From Cenococcum geophilum (lineage: Eukaryota), in assembly GCA_050273025.1 (NCBI GenBank), contig CP158635.1:7440001-7504000 (forward strand): a stretch of 64,000 nt of DNA, in the 5' to 3' direction. Every line of letters starts with the position of its first letter. The stretch's first letter is position 1. The position numbers and the translations under genes are program-made. The notes under the pieces were generated by a model, which was not told the DNA's origin, ran no database searches, and worked only from the letters and a program-made list of their open reading frames with translations. Below, piece after piece: positions 39,801 to 52,799 of the stretch.

Positions 39801-40491
39801 AGAGGGGATTCCAGGGGGGGTATACTAAAAGGCCTTTGCTATAAGCATAAAAAACTAGTTCTATAACTAAATAGAGAAGAAATATTAGTATACTATTTAG
39901 AATTTAACTTTAAGCTACGTTATATCTAATAAGTAAATTACTACCCTTTATAGCTGCACCTAGTATATAACTAGCTATAAGGCGTTTAAGAAAAACCTAC
40001 CTAATTAGAAGTATAATTAGCTTGGTAATAATCTAAATAAGTTTATTACCTTTATTTAAGCAGAGGTAAAAAAGGCAAATTAGGTAGAGAGCTAGCTATT
40101 AGCATTAGTAAGCAAATTAAAAGATAGCGTAGAGCGGATATTACTACGGCCTAGGGTAGCGGAGAGGCGTACAGTATTAATAGCTTTATGTCTATAAACA
40201 TAAGTAGCCTAGCTACCTTAATTAATATCTGCCGAAAATCCGCATATAGGGCTGCTAATACTATTACATTCTTAGCCTATGTTTAGTAGGAACGCATAGC
40301 TAGCTAGCTTAAACTTTAGCTATTAGAACACCTTTAGGCTAAGTATATTAACACCCTATAATGGATATTAGTCCTAGTAACGTAATAGTTGGGTCTAGTT
40401 TTTAATATAGGGCGGATATCTAGGATCTTAAAGCCAGGCTAGGTATTAATAGCCCTAGGGTAATAATTAGCGTTAGTTATTATTAGATATT

Positions 40492-41000
40492 AAGTATCGG
40501 CCTCTTAGATATTAGGGTCTATACTATAATAATAGATATTAACTCTCTACAGCTCTTAGATATCTAAGTTTATACTATAGTATTAGAAACTAGTCTCTAG
40601 GGTAGGCTAGGTATTATAGCTTATAAGGCAGCTCTGTATTGTAACCCTTAAAACAGTCTAGATATTAGAGCTTATAGCATATTATTAGATCTTAGCCCTT
40701 AAAGCAATCCGGATATTAAAGCTTATAGTATAGTATTAAATCCAAATCCTTAGGGCAGTCTAAGTATTAGAGCTTATAGTGCAATACTAAGTCTTAACTT
40801 TTAGATAAGCCTAAGGTTTAATATTCGCAATATAGCACTAGATCTCCAATTACGAAAAATTCTAAAGTTTAAAATCTATAGCGTAGCACTAGTTCCTAGG
40901 TAGTAGGAAATCTGGAAATTTAGAATTCATAATATAGTATTAGATCTCCACTTCTAGGAAACTTTAAGGCTTAGGGTTTATAGGCTAATACTATAAAGTA
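40492..41000 (+). repeat. Degenerate 51-bp (17-codon) tandem repeat, about 10 units
   Basis: Units start at 40594, 40645, 40696 and 40747, e.g. ccctta..cagtc..tattagagcttatag. More diverged units flank them. Confidence 0.75.
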
Positions 41001-43214
41001 TCTTATCTTTAATTAATTTAGAAAACGAATTATCCTAGGGCTAAGTTGCGCCTTAGAATAAGAAGTAGAAGAGTATAAGTATCTAGGCTCTTCTAGCGCT
41101 AATATATAATATAACCCCCTTAATATACTTAGTAAAATTTAAATACTTAGAAAATAGAAGGAAGTATAAATCCTTATAGATAGCGGAGCTACTAGTATAG
41201 GCTTTATTAATACAAACTATATAAAAACCTAACGCTTAAATTTAAAAAAACTTAATAAGCCCTAAGGCCTATAAGGCTTTAATAGTAAGCCTTTAATATA
41301 CGGCGAACTAACGCACTACGCTCTTATAAAGATGTGGATAGGCAAATACCTTAAATATATTTCCCTATTTATAACACCCTTAAAGCATTATAAGGTAATA
41401 CTTAGATATAGATAGCTAAAATAACATAACCCTTTAATTAGCTAGGTTAAAGAAATACTAAAATTCCGTACAACCTACTACTAAAGTTATTACTTAAAAT
41501 ACTACTTGCCCTATAAATATGCATATAACTATTTAAATTTAATATAATATAAATTACCCTTACTATAAACCTTAAACTAATATAATAAAGTTATAACTAC
41601 TAATCGCGGTAAAGAATGCGAAGATAATATATTAAAACCCCTTAAAATTCATATAATATAAGCCGCACCCTTTTATTTATTAATAAGAAAACAAGACTAT
41701 AAGATATTAAGAAGGCGTTGGAACTAAAGTAATATATTAACCCCTAACCTCTTATACCTAAAGAATATTACAATCTAATTAATTCCGTTTAAAAAATAAT
41801 TTATAGACTAACTACCCCCGTATTAAGATAAGTATAATTTTAAGATAGAATTTAAACCTAGTATAACGCTAGCGTTCGGCCTATTATACGGCATATTGTG
41901 AGAAAAGCTGCTTATAATATAATAATACCTTAAAGAGTGCCTAAAGAAAGGATTTATTTGCCCTAGTTAATTACTATTTACCTTACTTATACTATTTATT
42001 AAGAAACCTAAAGGAGGCTTAAGGTTTTATATTAATTATTAAGCCCTAAATATAATTATAATTTAAAAACGATATCTAATTCCTCTGCTTTAAGAAATAC
42101 TTAACTACTTATTAAAATTATAATACTTTATAAAGCTTAATATAGTTACTGCCTTTAATTAAATCCGTATTTATAAAGGAGATAAGAAGTATATAGCTTT
42201 CTGTATATAATAGGGACTCTTTAAATACCTAGTAATACTATTTAGTGTAAAGAACGGTCCTAGTATATTTTAGTAATACGTTAATAATACGCTTCGCAAA
42301 TTCCTTAATGTATTTATTACCGCGTATATTAATAATATTTTTATCTATTTATCTTCGCTTTCTAGGTATTAAAAGTATATCTAAATAGTCCTTAAATGCC
42401 TATAAGACGCAGTCTTATAATGTGATATTAAAAAATGCAAGTTTTACACGTCTAAAGTTATATACTTAGGCCTAATTATATCCTATAATAGAATTAAAAT
42501 AAACCCTAAGAAAATTGTAGCAATTATAAACTAGGAAAGTCCTAGTAGTATATAAAATATCTAAGGATTTCTAAGATTTATAAATTTCTATTATTAATTT
42601 ATTAATTACTTTTTAAAAATTATTTAGCTATTAGTAAACTTAATAAGGAAGAATATAAAATTTAAATAGACTACTAAATATAAATAAGCTTTTAATAACC
42701 CAAAATATTATTTTATAACTACTCTAATTCTTACCTACTTTAATCTAAACCTTAAATATATTATTAAAATAGACTTATCTAATTATATACTAGAAGGAGT
42801 TTTATTATAATATAATAAGAATAGTAAGCTGCGCCTAGTAGCCTTTCTCTCCCGGAAACTTACCCCTACTAAATTAAACTATAAAATATATAATAAGGAA
42901 CTGCTTATAATTATTAAATGCTTTAAATAATAGCGTCTAGAACTTAGAGAATTGTTATTTCTAATATGCGTATTAACGGACTATAAAAACCTATAGTACT
43001 TTATAACTATAAAGTAATTAATATAATACTAAATTTGTTAGGCTAAATACCTTTTATAATTTAACTTTAAGATTATATACTAACCTAGCAAACTTAACCA
43101 AAAGCTTAACTTATTAATATAATAATTATAAAATTTATTTATAAACCCCTCTAACAAACGGATTATAACTTAATTATAAATTCTACTCCCCCCTAAACGC
43201 TTTAAAAAACTATA

Positions 43215-44331
43215 AAAATGTCTATTCAAAGCGAAGTCACGCCTTCCCTCCGAACAGCAACATCAATATCTATTACAATTAGCCTTTTGGCTTTTCGCTT
43301 TGAAATAAGGCTTATTTGATAGAGATTTTGTTGTTTATTCGTTTTATAGCCTCAATAATACTATGCCATACGGCGCTGTGCTGTCGTCGCGATAAAACGT
43401 CTTACCCCTTGGAGAATCGCGAACCCATAAACAGCTTCGCGATTTATTATGAATAGCCTTGTAATTTATTACGAACAGCTTCGCGATTTCCATAAGCTAT
43501 TAATAAGTAGTCTTTCCTGATAATTTTTCCCATAGGGTTTTTTAACAGGTTTTGAATTGACGCTTTCTAGCTTCCTACGTCGTCGTCGTTAATAGCCTTC
43601 GATATTTACCTACCCGAACGGTTTTTAACGATACTCTATATAAAGAGACGACATATATTCCTACTTCTATGGTTATTGGGCGTAGGCCTTATACCGCTAG
43701 GTTTTGGCGGTACGTAAGTAATTATCTACCACTGCATAGCAGGCTGAGGCGAGATTACCTAAACGGTCTTCGATACCCCACGGGCGCAAAGAGATGATAT
43801 ATTCTTACTTCTATATTGGTTGTTGGGCGCAGGCCTCGTACCACTACCTTCTGGCGGTACGCGTTGTTTGGGGTAATGAGTGTGTAATCATCTACCGCTG
43901 CTTGAGATAGTAGGGAACCTATGCAATACAGCAGGCTGAGATAATTACCCTCTCCTCGGGCCTACACCCCCCAATATAATACATTATTTAGAATATATCT
44001 CTATCTCTACAAGCAAGTAAATAGATAAAAATGTCTATTTAAAGCGAAGTTACGCCTTCCCTCCAAACAGCAACATTAATATCTATTACAATCAGCCTTT
44101 CGGCTTTTCGCTTTCCCACCCTCCACCCTATAGATAGATTTTGCAGCCTCTTAGGCTTGCGGTAGGCCCGAGTGGGGCAATGAGTGTGTAATCATCTACC
44201 GCTGCTTGAGACAGTAGGGAACCTATGCAATACAGCAGGCTGAGATGATTACCCTCTCCTCGGGCCTACACCCCCCAATACAATACATTATTTAGAATAT
44301 ATCTCTATCTCTGCGAGCAAGTGAATAGATA
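43215..44331. mobile_element. Non-coding 1117-bp insertion with split direct repeats (A1..B1-A2..B2), Ngaro/PAT-like architecture
   Basis: A1 43215-43301 = A2 44028-44114; B1 43869-44027 = B2 44173-44331. The host Gypsy frame rejoins across it. Confidence 0.75.
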
Positions 44332-46286
44332 CCTTATATTTTTAAATGCGGAGCTTAATAGGAATAAATTAGAAATTAATAAGTGGGATATAAAAATTAA
44401 TAAATTAATAGAACATAAATATAAGAATAACCCCTAAATAGCAAATGTAATAAAAACGATTTAAATAGAAAAACGGTAATATAAGAATATTACACTCGCT
44501 AAATACGAAATCTATAATAATTAGTTATATTATTAATAGAAAATAGTAAGCCCAAATTCTAAACCCTTATAATTTAAGATACTCGAATTTATATATAATT
44601 CCCCTATAGTAGGGCATCCTAGCTATATAAAGACGTATAAGATTATCTAATAAGTATATTACTAGCCTATAATATATAACCATATATGAAAATATGTTTA
44701 AGTATACGGAATAAATATATATAGGAAGACCCCTTATATAAAGAAGTAAAGAGTACTTTAACCGTTACTAATTCTAATATAAAGATAGTAAGATATTTTA
44801 ATTAACTTTGTAGTTAACCTGCCTAATAGTAATAGGTTTATAAATATTATAGTAGTTATTAACCGTCTTATAAAAATGCGATATATAATTCCTATAGACT
44901 TAATTAATGTAATATTAGTAGCTAAATATTTTATTAAGTACGTCTTTAAGCTATATAGACTTTCTAATTTAATAATATCTAACTACGGAAGCTAGTTTAT
45001 TTTAGACTTCTAGAAAGCTTTATATAAACGATTAAGTATATAAATATAACTCTTAACTGCATTTTATCTAGAGATAGATAGTTAAATTAAAATTGCGAAC
45101 GTAATTATAGAATAATACCTATAAATATACTGTTCCTACCTACAAGACGACTAGGAAAAGTGGCTATCTTTAGCTAAGTTTACTGCAAATAATATAAGAA
45201 ATAAATTAATAGGCGTAACGCCGTTCTATGTAACCTATAGATAAGACCCTTAACTTAGATTTAAACTATAACCTAAAATTAATATAATAGAATCTATAAT
45301 TAAGAGGATTTAACTAATTAATGCGTATAACTTTATTAATTAAATAAAGTAGTTAACGGAATTATTATAAAGTGAATTAGCGTACGCTTAAATAGTATAG
45401 CAATAGCATATAAATAAAGGACGAGCTCTTATATAGGACTTTAAGGAAGGTAATATAGTTTACCTAAATATATAAAACCTAAAGACTTAACGACCCTTAA
45501 AGAAACTAGACTAAAAGTTTACGGGCCTATACTAAATTAAGAAGAAACTAAGTCTATACACTTATAAACTTAAACTGCCGACTAAGATAAAAATATATCT
45601 AATATTTTATATAAACTTACTATAACCCTTAAAAAGTAAACCTATAACTCGTGAAGTGCTACTACTACCTCCTATAATTATTAACAACGGTAATAGTTCT
45701 TACTTTATTAACTTAATTAATAATATATAATAGAAAAACATAGTCTAAATAATTTAAACTTCTTATTAAATAGGAAAAATATAAAATATAAACCTAGGAA
45801 CCTTATAAGCAAATTAAAACTAATACGCCTTCCCTAGTAAAAGAATTCTATAAGGACTATTCTTTACGGCCTACTTTAGCTAGATAAATACGATATAAAA
45901 GTAAATAATTACCACCTAATATAAATACACTAAACACGATAGTAGGAAGCTTAAAATTAAAAAGGACTTAAAATATATTATAACGCTTATAACACGGTTA
46001 TATAATACGTAAGATATTAAAGAACTTTAACTAGCGGTTAAAGTTGTCTAATTAGTTAGATTTGCTTTGCTAAGACCTACTATAAAGATATTAGTTCTGC
46101 TTACCGCCTTAACTAAGCTAATAGCGATTTCTTATCCTAGGGATAGAAAATCCTAATTAGTCTATTTATGATTAGAACTGGTAAAACGCTATACTACTAC
46201 CTAATACAAATATATAAAAACGTAATAAGTTATAAAGTCTTAACCAAATTAAATTGTTTTAGACCTTCGGCTAAAGGGGGAGGTAC

Positions 46287-46629
46287 TATAATAGGACTAG
46301 CCCAGTTATAGTAGGAATGTCTTAGTAAAATACTTAATAGATAAATTCTAACGCTTTAACCAAATTCTACCGAATTATGCTAGCTTAATTAACCTCTACT
46401 AAGTTCTACTAGATTAGTTAAATTCTATTAAAGTTAGTTAAAGACCGCGTATATATATGCGCATGTATCGACTACTAAGACCCTAACTATTTAATATATA
46501 ACTCTCTTGTTATTCCCTTCTCCTCTTTACGCAACGTCTTATTCTTAGCGAGAGCTATATACCCTTAGATTTAGATAGAATATATATCGTTCCTTCGAAT
46601 CTTCCCCGAAGTCTCTTCACGCCCTTACA
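46287..46629 (+). repeat. 3' LTR (343 bp) of the truncated Gypsy
   Basis: Follows the PPT; tataa...ttaca termini. Confidence 0.8.
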
Positions 46630-49600
46630 CTATAGCATTAAAAAGAAAATATAATTTCGTTTTAGTATAATCTACTAAAGAATGCTAAAGGGGCAAGAGG
46701 AAATAGTAGTTTGTATAGCGCTTACTAATTTTAATAAATTATAATTACTGGTTGCTTAGAGGACTCTAAGTAGTTTCCTAAAGCTTAATTTACTAAACTA
46801 TACTTTTATAAACGTGTCTCTAATATATTATCTGCAAGTTATTACTAATATAGAAATTAACACTATGCCAAGGGTCGTTAAAGCGCATGGCCTATCTCTA
46901 TAAATTCCTATTATCTAGATGGCCTAGCACTAAAGCACCGTTTATTTTCTAGTTAGTATATCTCTAAATATCTAACCGACCTCTTCTGTTGCTTTAGTAT
47001 ATAAAAGAATATAAGTATACCTAGCTGCACTGCTAATACATATAGGAGGTTAAAAGGTCGTAAGAAGCTTACACCCTATATAGTAAATCTTTATACGTAA
47101 GAGTAATACCTATTATTAGGAATACTAATAACCCTAGCCCCTCTCCGCTAGCTTACTTTATACTTATACCTTAGAACAATCTAGTAAAACTACGCTAGAT
47201 TCCAAGCCTTAAAAGCGGCGTTTCTTTAGAATATAAACTCTAGCAGTCTGGGCCAATTATATAATATTTTATACATGTTTGTTAGATAAAGAGCTCTAAT
47301 TAATTAGGGCAAGATACAGCCATCTATTACTAAAAAGCCACTTATATTCTAAGCTGTGCTATATTAATAACGCTCTATAGAGAAGTCTCGGCTAATTTTC
47401 AGGGTCTATATAATCCCCACGCCTATTTTAACTTCTCCCTTAATTAATTTACATTTATATCTTCCTAATCCTCTTCCCGAAAAGGTCCATATAACTACTA
47501 TTTATAAATATTCTTTAAGCATACTAGGAAGAGCAAAAGTAAGTTGGGATAGGGTAAGTTCGTTTTCTTTATAAGCTATAGAATCCTAAACTATATTATT
47601 TAGTTGGCAAAGAGCCCCTTTTTATAGTTATTAGACGCAAAGACTTTCTATTACACAATTATTATATTATTACTCTAGAATTAACTAGACGTTTATTACT
47701 ATTACTAATTCTTAGTCCTATAGATATCCCGTATAAATACCCAAACTTATCTATAATAGATAAATTAACAAGATAACTAGAGATACAGGAAAATTAATAC
47801 ATTAATAGTTTAGTATGCTAGAGAATTAGATGCAAACGCTTTATTAAACTCTATTTACCGGATATAGACTCTATCTATTAGAGCGTATATATTATTATTT
47901 TTTATCTTATTTACTCCCTTTAGAGTAGGGAATATTATAGTTCTGGTGTTATCCCGAAGGTCTAAGTAAAATAAAGAATATAAAGAGATATATATTATAG
48001 CATTATATTTACAATTATTTAGAAACAGCTAACTAAGATAAGGAAGATGCAATAATACTAGTTAAGAGGGGGTTGGTAGTGTATACTATACGGGACTAGA
48101 AATTAGGAATAGCGTTACTTTAAGGGTCTTACTAGGGAAGTAGGTTTAAAGGGCTATTCTAAAGTACGCTAGCAATAATACTAAGGTCGGAGCATATTAT
48201 ATAATGCTTATCTTTACCGCTAGGTAACCCTAACACGCTAGGCTCTGTTGGCTATTGCTAAACCCAGTATATAGTATACGTGGAATTAGTCTACAGATCC
48301 GTAGGTACTAATAGATTAGTCTTGCACTATTGTTTATAGGTAGACCTTAGTTAGCTAGAGATAGGGTCGGGAAACTAATTCTAACGTATTATAGAAATAC
48401 TACCATTATTAATTTGATAACATCTATTATTATTAAAATTTTAAGTAGTTAATAGTTTCCCTTTCTGGTTACCGCTAGTACCGTTAAATATCCACTATAG
48501 GACGTCTACTAATACTTTACTATTACTTGGCTAAGATATACTAAATACATAGACTATTCTACCTACTTTTGGCTTACCTAGCTAGGTTTACAGTAGTATA
48601 ATATATTTATTTTTAAGGTACTTTATAGCTATATAAGCTCCTAGTAATATATTAAGTCGCGGAAATATTACAGTTTAGTTAGCGGTTCTCTATATTAGAG
48701 TATATAAAAGATCTAAGCCATTTACCCTTATCCTTTCTAAAGCTAAAGGTGGTAAAAGATAAGTCATTATATTATCGTTAAAGCCCGGATCACTGCAAGA
48801 GACATATCCGCGAGGATATCCATTACTTCCTATAAAACTCCGTTAGAAACTACCGTAAGTTGTTTATTCTAAGCGTGTATAAGCCCTAGAAGAGCAGTAG
48901 GAAAAAGGTAGAAGATTAAATATATAATAGTGGACAAAGTATAAGAATTAGTAAATATAAATTAGTTTAAGGCTCGCAGCGTATCTAAAGATATATCTGT
49001 TCTCACTAAGGTATATTACGCTTATATAACCATTTAGTAAGGATCTAACTCTATTACTTTAGGCAGAATAGTTAAGAGCAATACTAAACCGTACATATTC
49101 TATTTCCTCCTTTATTCTAATAATATAGCTTACTTTAAAGCTTAATATACACCAAGTAGGCACTTAAAATAATGGCTACTAATTTCCCCGCACGTAGACC
49201 GATTTATATACTCTTTTATTTATATAGATATAATTAAAGCATTATATAAAAAGGACTAGCATTAATAAATATTAAACTTATAAAGGTAATTGCCTTATAA
49301 CTTATCCCGCTCTATATTACTAAAGGCTAAAAAGACAGAGTAATTATAACTCTATTGCGACTCTTACGGGATTTAATATATATACTCTTATATACCTATA
49401 ACCAAGCCACTAAAACTAAAGATAGACTTTTAATATACTGTTAACGAGAGGTATAGTGGTGCCACTAGTACTAAATATTAAATATTTATTAATTGGATAT
49501 CCGTGCACTAATTATAAAAAAAGAATAAGGACTCTATCTATTAAATATAGCTCTAAGAGTCTCTATATATATATAAGAAAGGTATAGGAAACAAGAACGA

Positions 49601-50109
49601 GAAGGGGGTAGGGGGATGGCAATAAAAATAAGGGGTAGGTAACTAAGTCAATAACTAAATCAATAGGAGATTTCTAAGTCGATAATAAGATAACCTAATT
49701 TAGGTCAACAATATTAAACGTTTAATATAAATGCGATATGTTTAATACTAAAATATATTAGTTATTAAAAGAGAATATATAAAAATAGCCAGTTTTATAG
49801 ATTTTACTAAGTATTAGAGATATATACTATATTATACGTAATATAGGGACGATATATAGTACCCGGCTAAGATATAAGGTATCTATTTTAGGTAATATCT
49901 AGGCGTGTATTTCGGCTAAGACCTTAGTTATACGCGGTTCGCACCTTATATTTATATAGAGGCTTAATAAGAATTTAGTATTAAATATTAATATACCATT
50001 AAAGAGATTAACTAACGATTATTAAATTACTATAACAATCTACTACCTTACTATTTTAGACACAGCGAAGAGTCTCCTTAATTTCTTAGAATATTAAGCA
50101 TACACGGTA

Positions 50110-52095
50110 TTAGCGACTTAGTTAATTAAGGTACGAGCACGGTAAGAGGGACGCGCAAGCCTATATAATTAGATTGTCTATAAACGAAGATCTAAAGCTA
50201 AAGAAAGGAAAGGAGAAAAAGAGTAGCGCCGCTTAATGTTTTATAAGATCTTCGCGTTACGTAACCGCAATATACAGCAATTTATAGCAACTTGCTAGTA
50301 CGGAGGACTGTAAAGTTCTACTAACTAAGTTCTACTAAGTTCTACCAAGTTTTGCTATCGCTGTAATATATAGTTATTAGATTTAGAATACTAGTATTAG
50401 CTTAATCTTAGGGTTATAGATAGACTCTAATATATTTAGTAATCTTATTAGACTGAAGCTAATTTAGACTAGACTAGACTAGAGCTAGAGTACTAACCTT
50501 TATAGGTAACCGTTAGTCCTATTTAAGTTTAGCGTTTATAGAGCTCTAGGAGCTTTAAAGTAGATTTAACCCCTAAATCTATTACTAAATATATCCGAGT
50601 ATAAAGAATAGCTTATAACACAAAATAAGTAGGTAACTTAAAGTTAGTTCCCTAAGTTCTAATAAATCTAACTATTATACTAAAGAGATTATTATCCTAG
50701 GGTTATAGAAATCCGCTTAGCTAAAGCTTAAGCTTATAAAACCAACTCTTAGTACTAGCTACTATTAGTTCAATTTATACTCTCTATTATTTATAGGTAG
50801 GCTAAAAAACGTAAGAAATTAATACAAAAATCTATTATAGCACTAACTCTTTATAATATAGTAGTATTTCTTCTTCTTCTTTAATATTTATTAGTAGACT
50901 AAAAAAACGTAAGAAATTAATCTAAGAAGCTCTTTTATAGCACTAACTCTTTATAATAAGGTAGTACTTATTCTCCTAGTACTAACGCGGAGCTACGATC
51001 TTCATTTACTTAATTAAATACGTATTTAATAAGTCGCTTCCATTAAAAAGTCCTTAATAATAAGATTATAATATACATTTTTATCTCTTCTTTTAGTGGC
51101 ATCTTTATACTTTATAGCTCCGATTAGCGCCTTAAATATTATTTTTAGAAGGGTTCTAAGTTAATATCTTATCTAAATTTTATTTTATTTCAAAAGCCTA
51201 CTAAAAGGGGTTAAACTTACGCGCCCGGGTAGCTACCTAGCTAAAAGACTATATAACTTACGTAGTACTATATACATTAAGTAACTATAAAAAATAATAT
51301 ATTAGTTATTATTAAAACTATTCCTACCCCTTAGTCTATGTGGCTGTTAAGAATTTTTATCCTACTAAAATTATTTCAATATACGCGGGCTAACTATTTT
51401 AAGCTAATTAGTAAGGGGTTAGTTATAAAGACGAACTACTAATTATTCTACATATAAAGGATGGATTAGTATAGAGCCAGATTCTAAAGGGTTTTAAAGA
51501 AAAAATAGGAAAAACTTTAAAAGAGCGTGGGCTTTAGAGCTGGTACTAAAGGCTTCTATAAAAGTATTATATTTTTAAAAGGTAGATAGTAAGTAAAGAT
51601 AGAATAAAATCCTTTCTTATTCATTAATTAACACTTAAAAGTACTCCTCTAGATAGAAGAAGAGTAAAGAGGTAGGGTAGATATAGTATACTATATATAG
51701 TATACTATAGAACAGCAATATATAACTAGGCACGCCTTATATACTCTAACTAAAACTTACTAAATAATAAGATAACTAAATTAATTATATACATAGAATA
51801 TATAGCATATAGTACTACGTTAAAAGTTTAGGTCGCCTACCTAATTCCCCGTTAAAAACTACTAAACTTACTATTATAGCACTGGCAGAAAACGGTAGAA
51901 CTTAGTTAGCAGAACTTAGTAGAACTTTATAGTTACGTAACTGGGGGACTATATAGAAGAACCCTACCTTAACTAGCGCTACTCTCCTTCTCCTTTCCTT
52001 TCTCTAGTTTTAGATCCTTGTTTATAGACAATTCAATTATATAGGCTTACGCGTCCCTCTTGCCGTACTTATACCTCGATTAACTAAGTTGCTAA
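50110..52095. repeat. Two related LTR-like fragments in inverted orientation
   Basis: 50110-50229 is the reverse complement of 51976-52095; 50310-50368 resembles the reverse complement of 51872-51932. Confidence 0.65.
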
Positions 52096-52799
52096 CTATA
52101 TATACTCGCAAATCTCTCTTTTAATTTTTACAATAAGTATAATAGTACTAGGGCATGTTACCTGCTAAATTCTACCAAATTCTACGCTACTATTAGCTCG
52201 CTTACTACTAGCGCCTCAGCGACCCTCTTAAGATATTTATTTATACTACCCCCTTCTTCTTCTTCTTTTTCTCCTTAGCTTAGTATCCTTATATAGTAGC
52301 AATCTATAAGCTTTAGTTTAGAGGCATTTATATAAGCCCGTTATAATAAGAGAACCTACCTCCCTATATAATAATTATATACTTACTCTCCTACTTAGCA
52401 ACAGGGATTAATATATTAAATTTTTTATCTTTAAACTTGGCTTTTTTCTTATAAATCGCTGTTTTTATAAGCACTCCCTATGATTATATAATGGCGAGAT
52501 ATCCTCTACCTTATAAATTCCCTTATATTACCGTAATAATTACTAACTAGCCTATAAGGCATGGAATAGCTTTAGCCATCCTTAGTATAAGGCATATATA
52601 TCTACAATTTTATATTTATATATTTCGTTTAGGGGCTTATACTAATTTAATCTTATATTATAAATAGCTTTATACTTCGTTATCTTTAATATCTATAATA
52701 CGATACCTTTTAGTAATTATGGCATGCGGTATAAGACAGGCTAATCTAGGTAATTTTTAAAGAAAGTCGTCCTACTACTATTAATTGTGGTAAAGAAAA

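Larger units (their letters stand above)
41020..46629 (+). mobile_element. 5'-truncated Ty3/Gypsy chromovirus (PR-RT-RH-INT-chromodomain, PPT, 3' LTR); heavily RIP'd
   Basis: [49 protein letters not shown] aaagggggagg precedes the LTR at 46287-46629 (ends ...cccttaca). No 5' LTR or gag seen. Confidence 0.9.

Noticed and set aside
40492..41000. Periodic array as a CRISPR
   Set aside because: There is no constant-repeat/unique-spacer pattern, and the context is eukaryotic.
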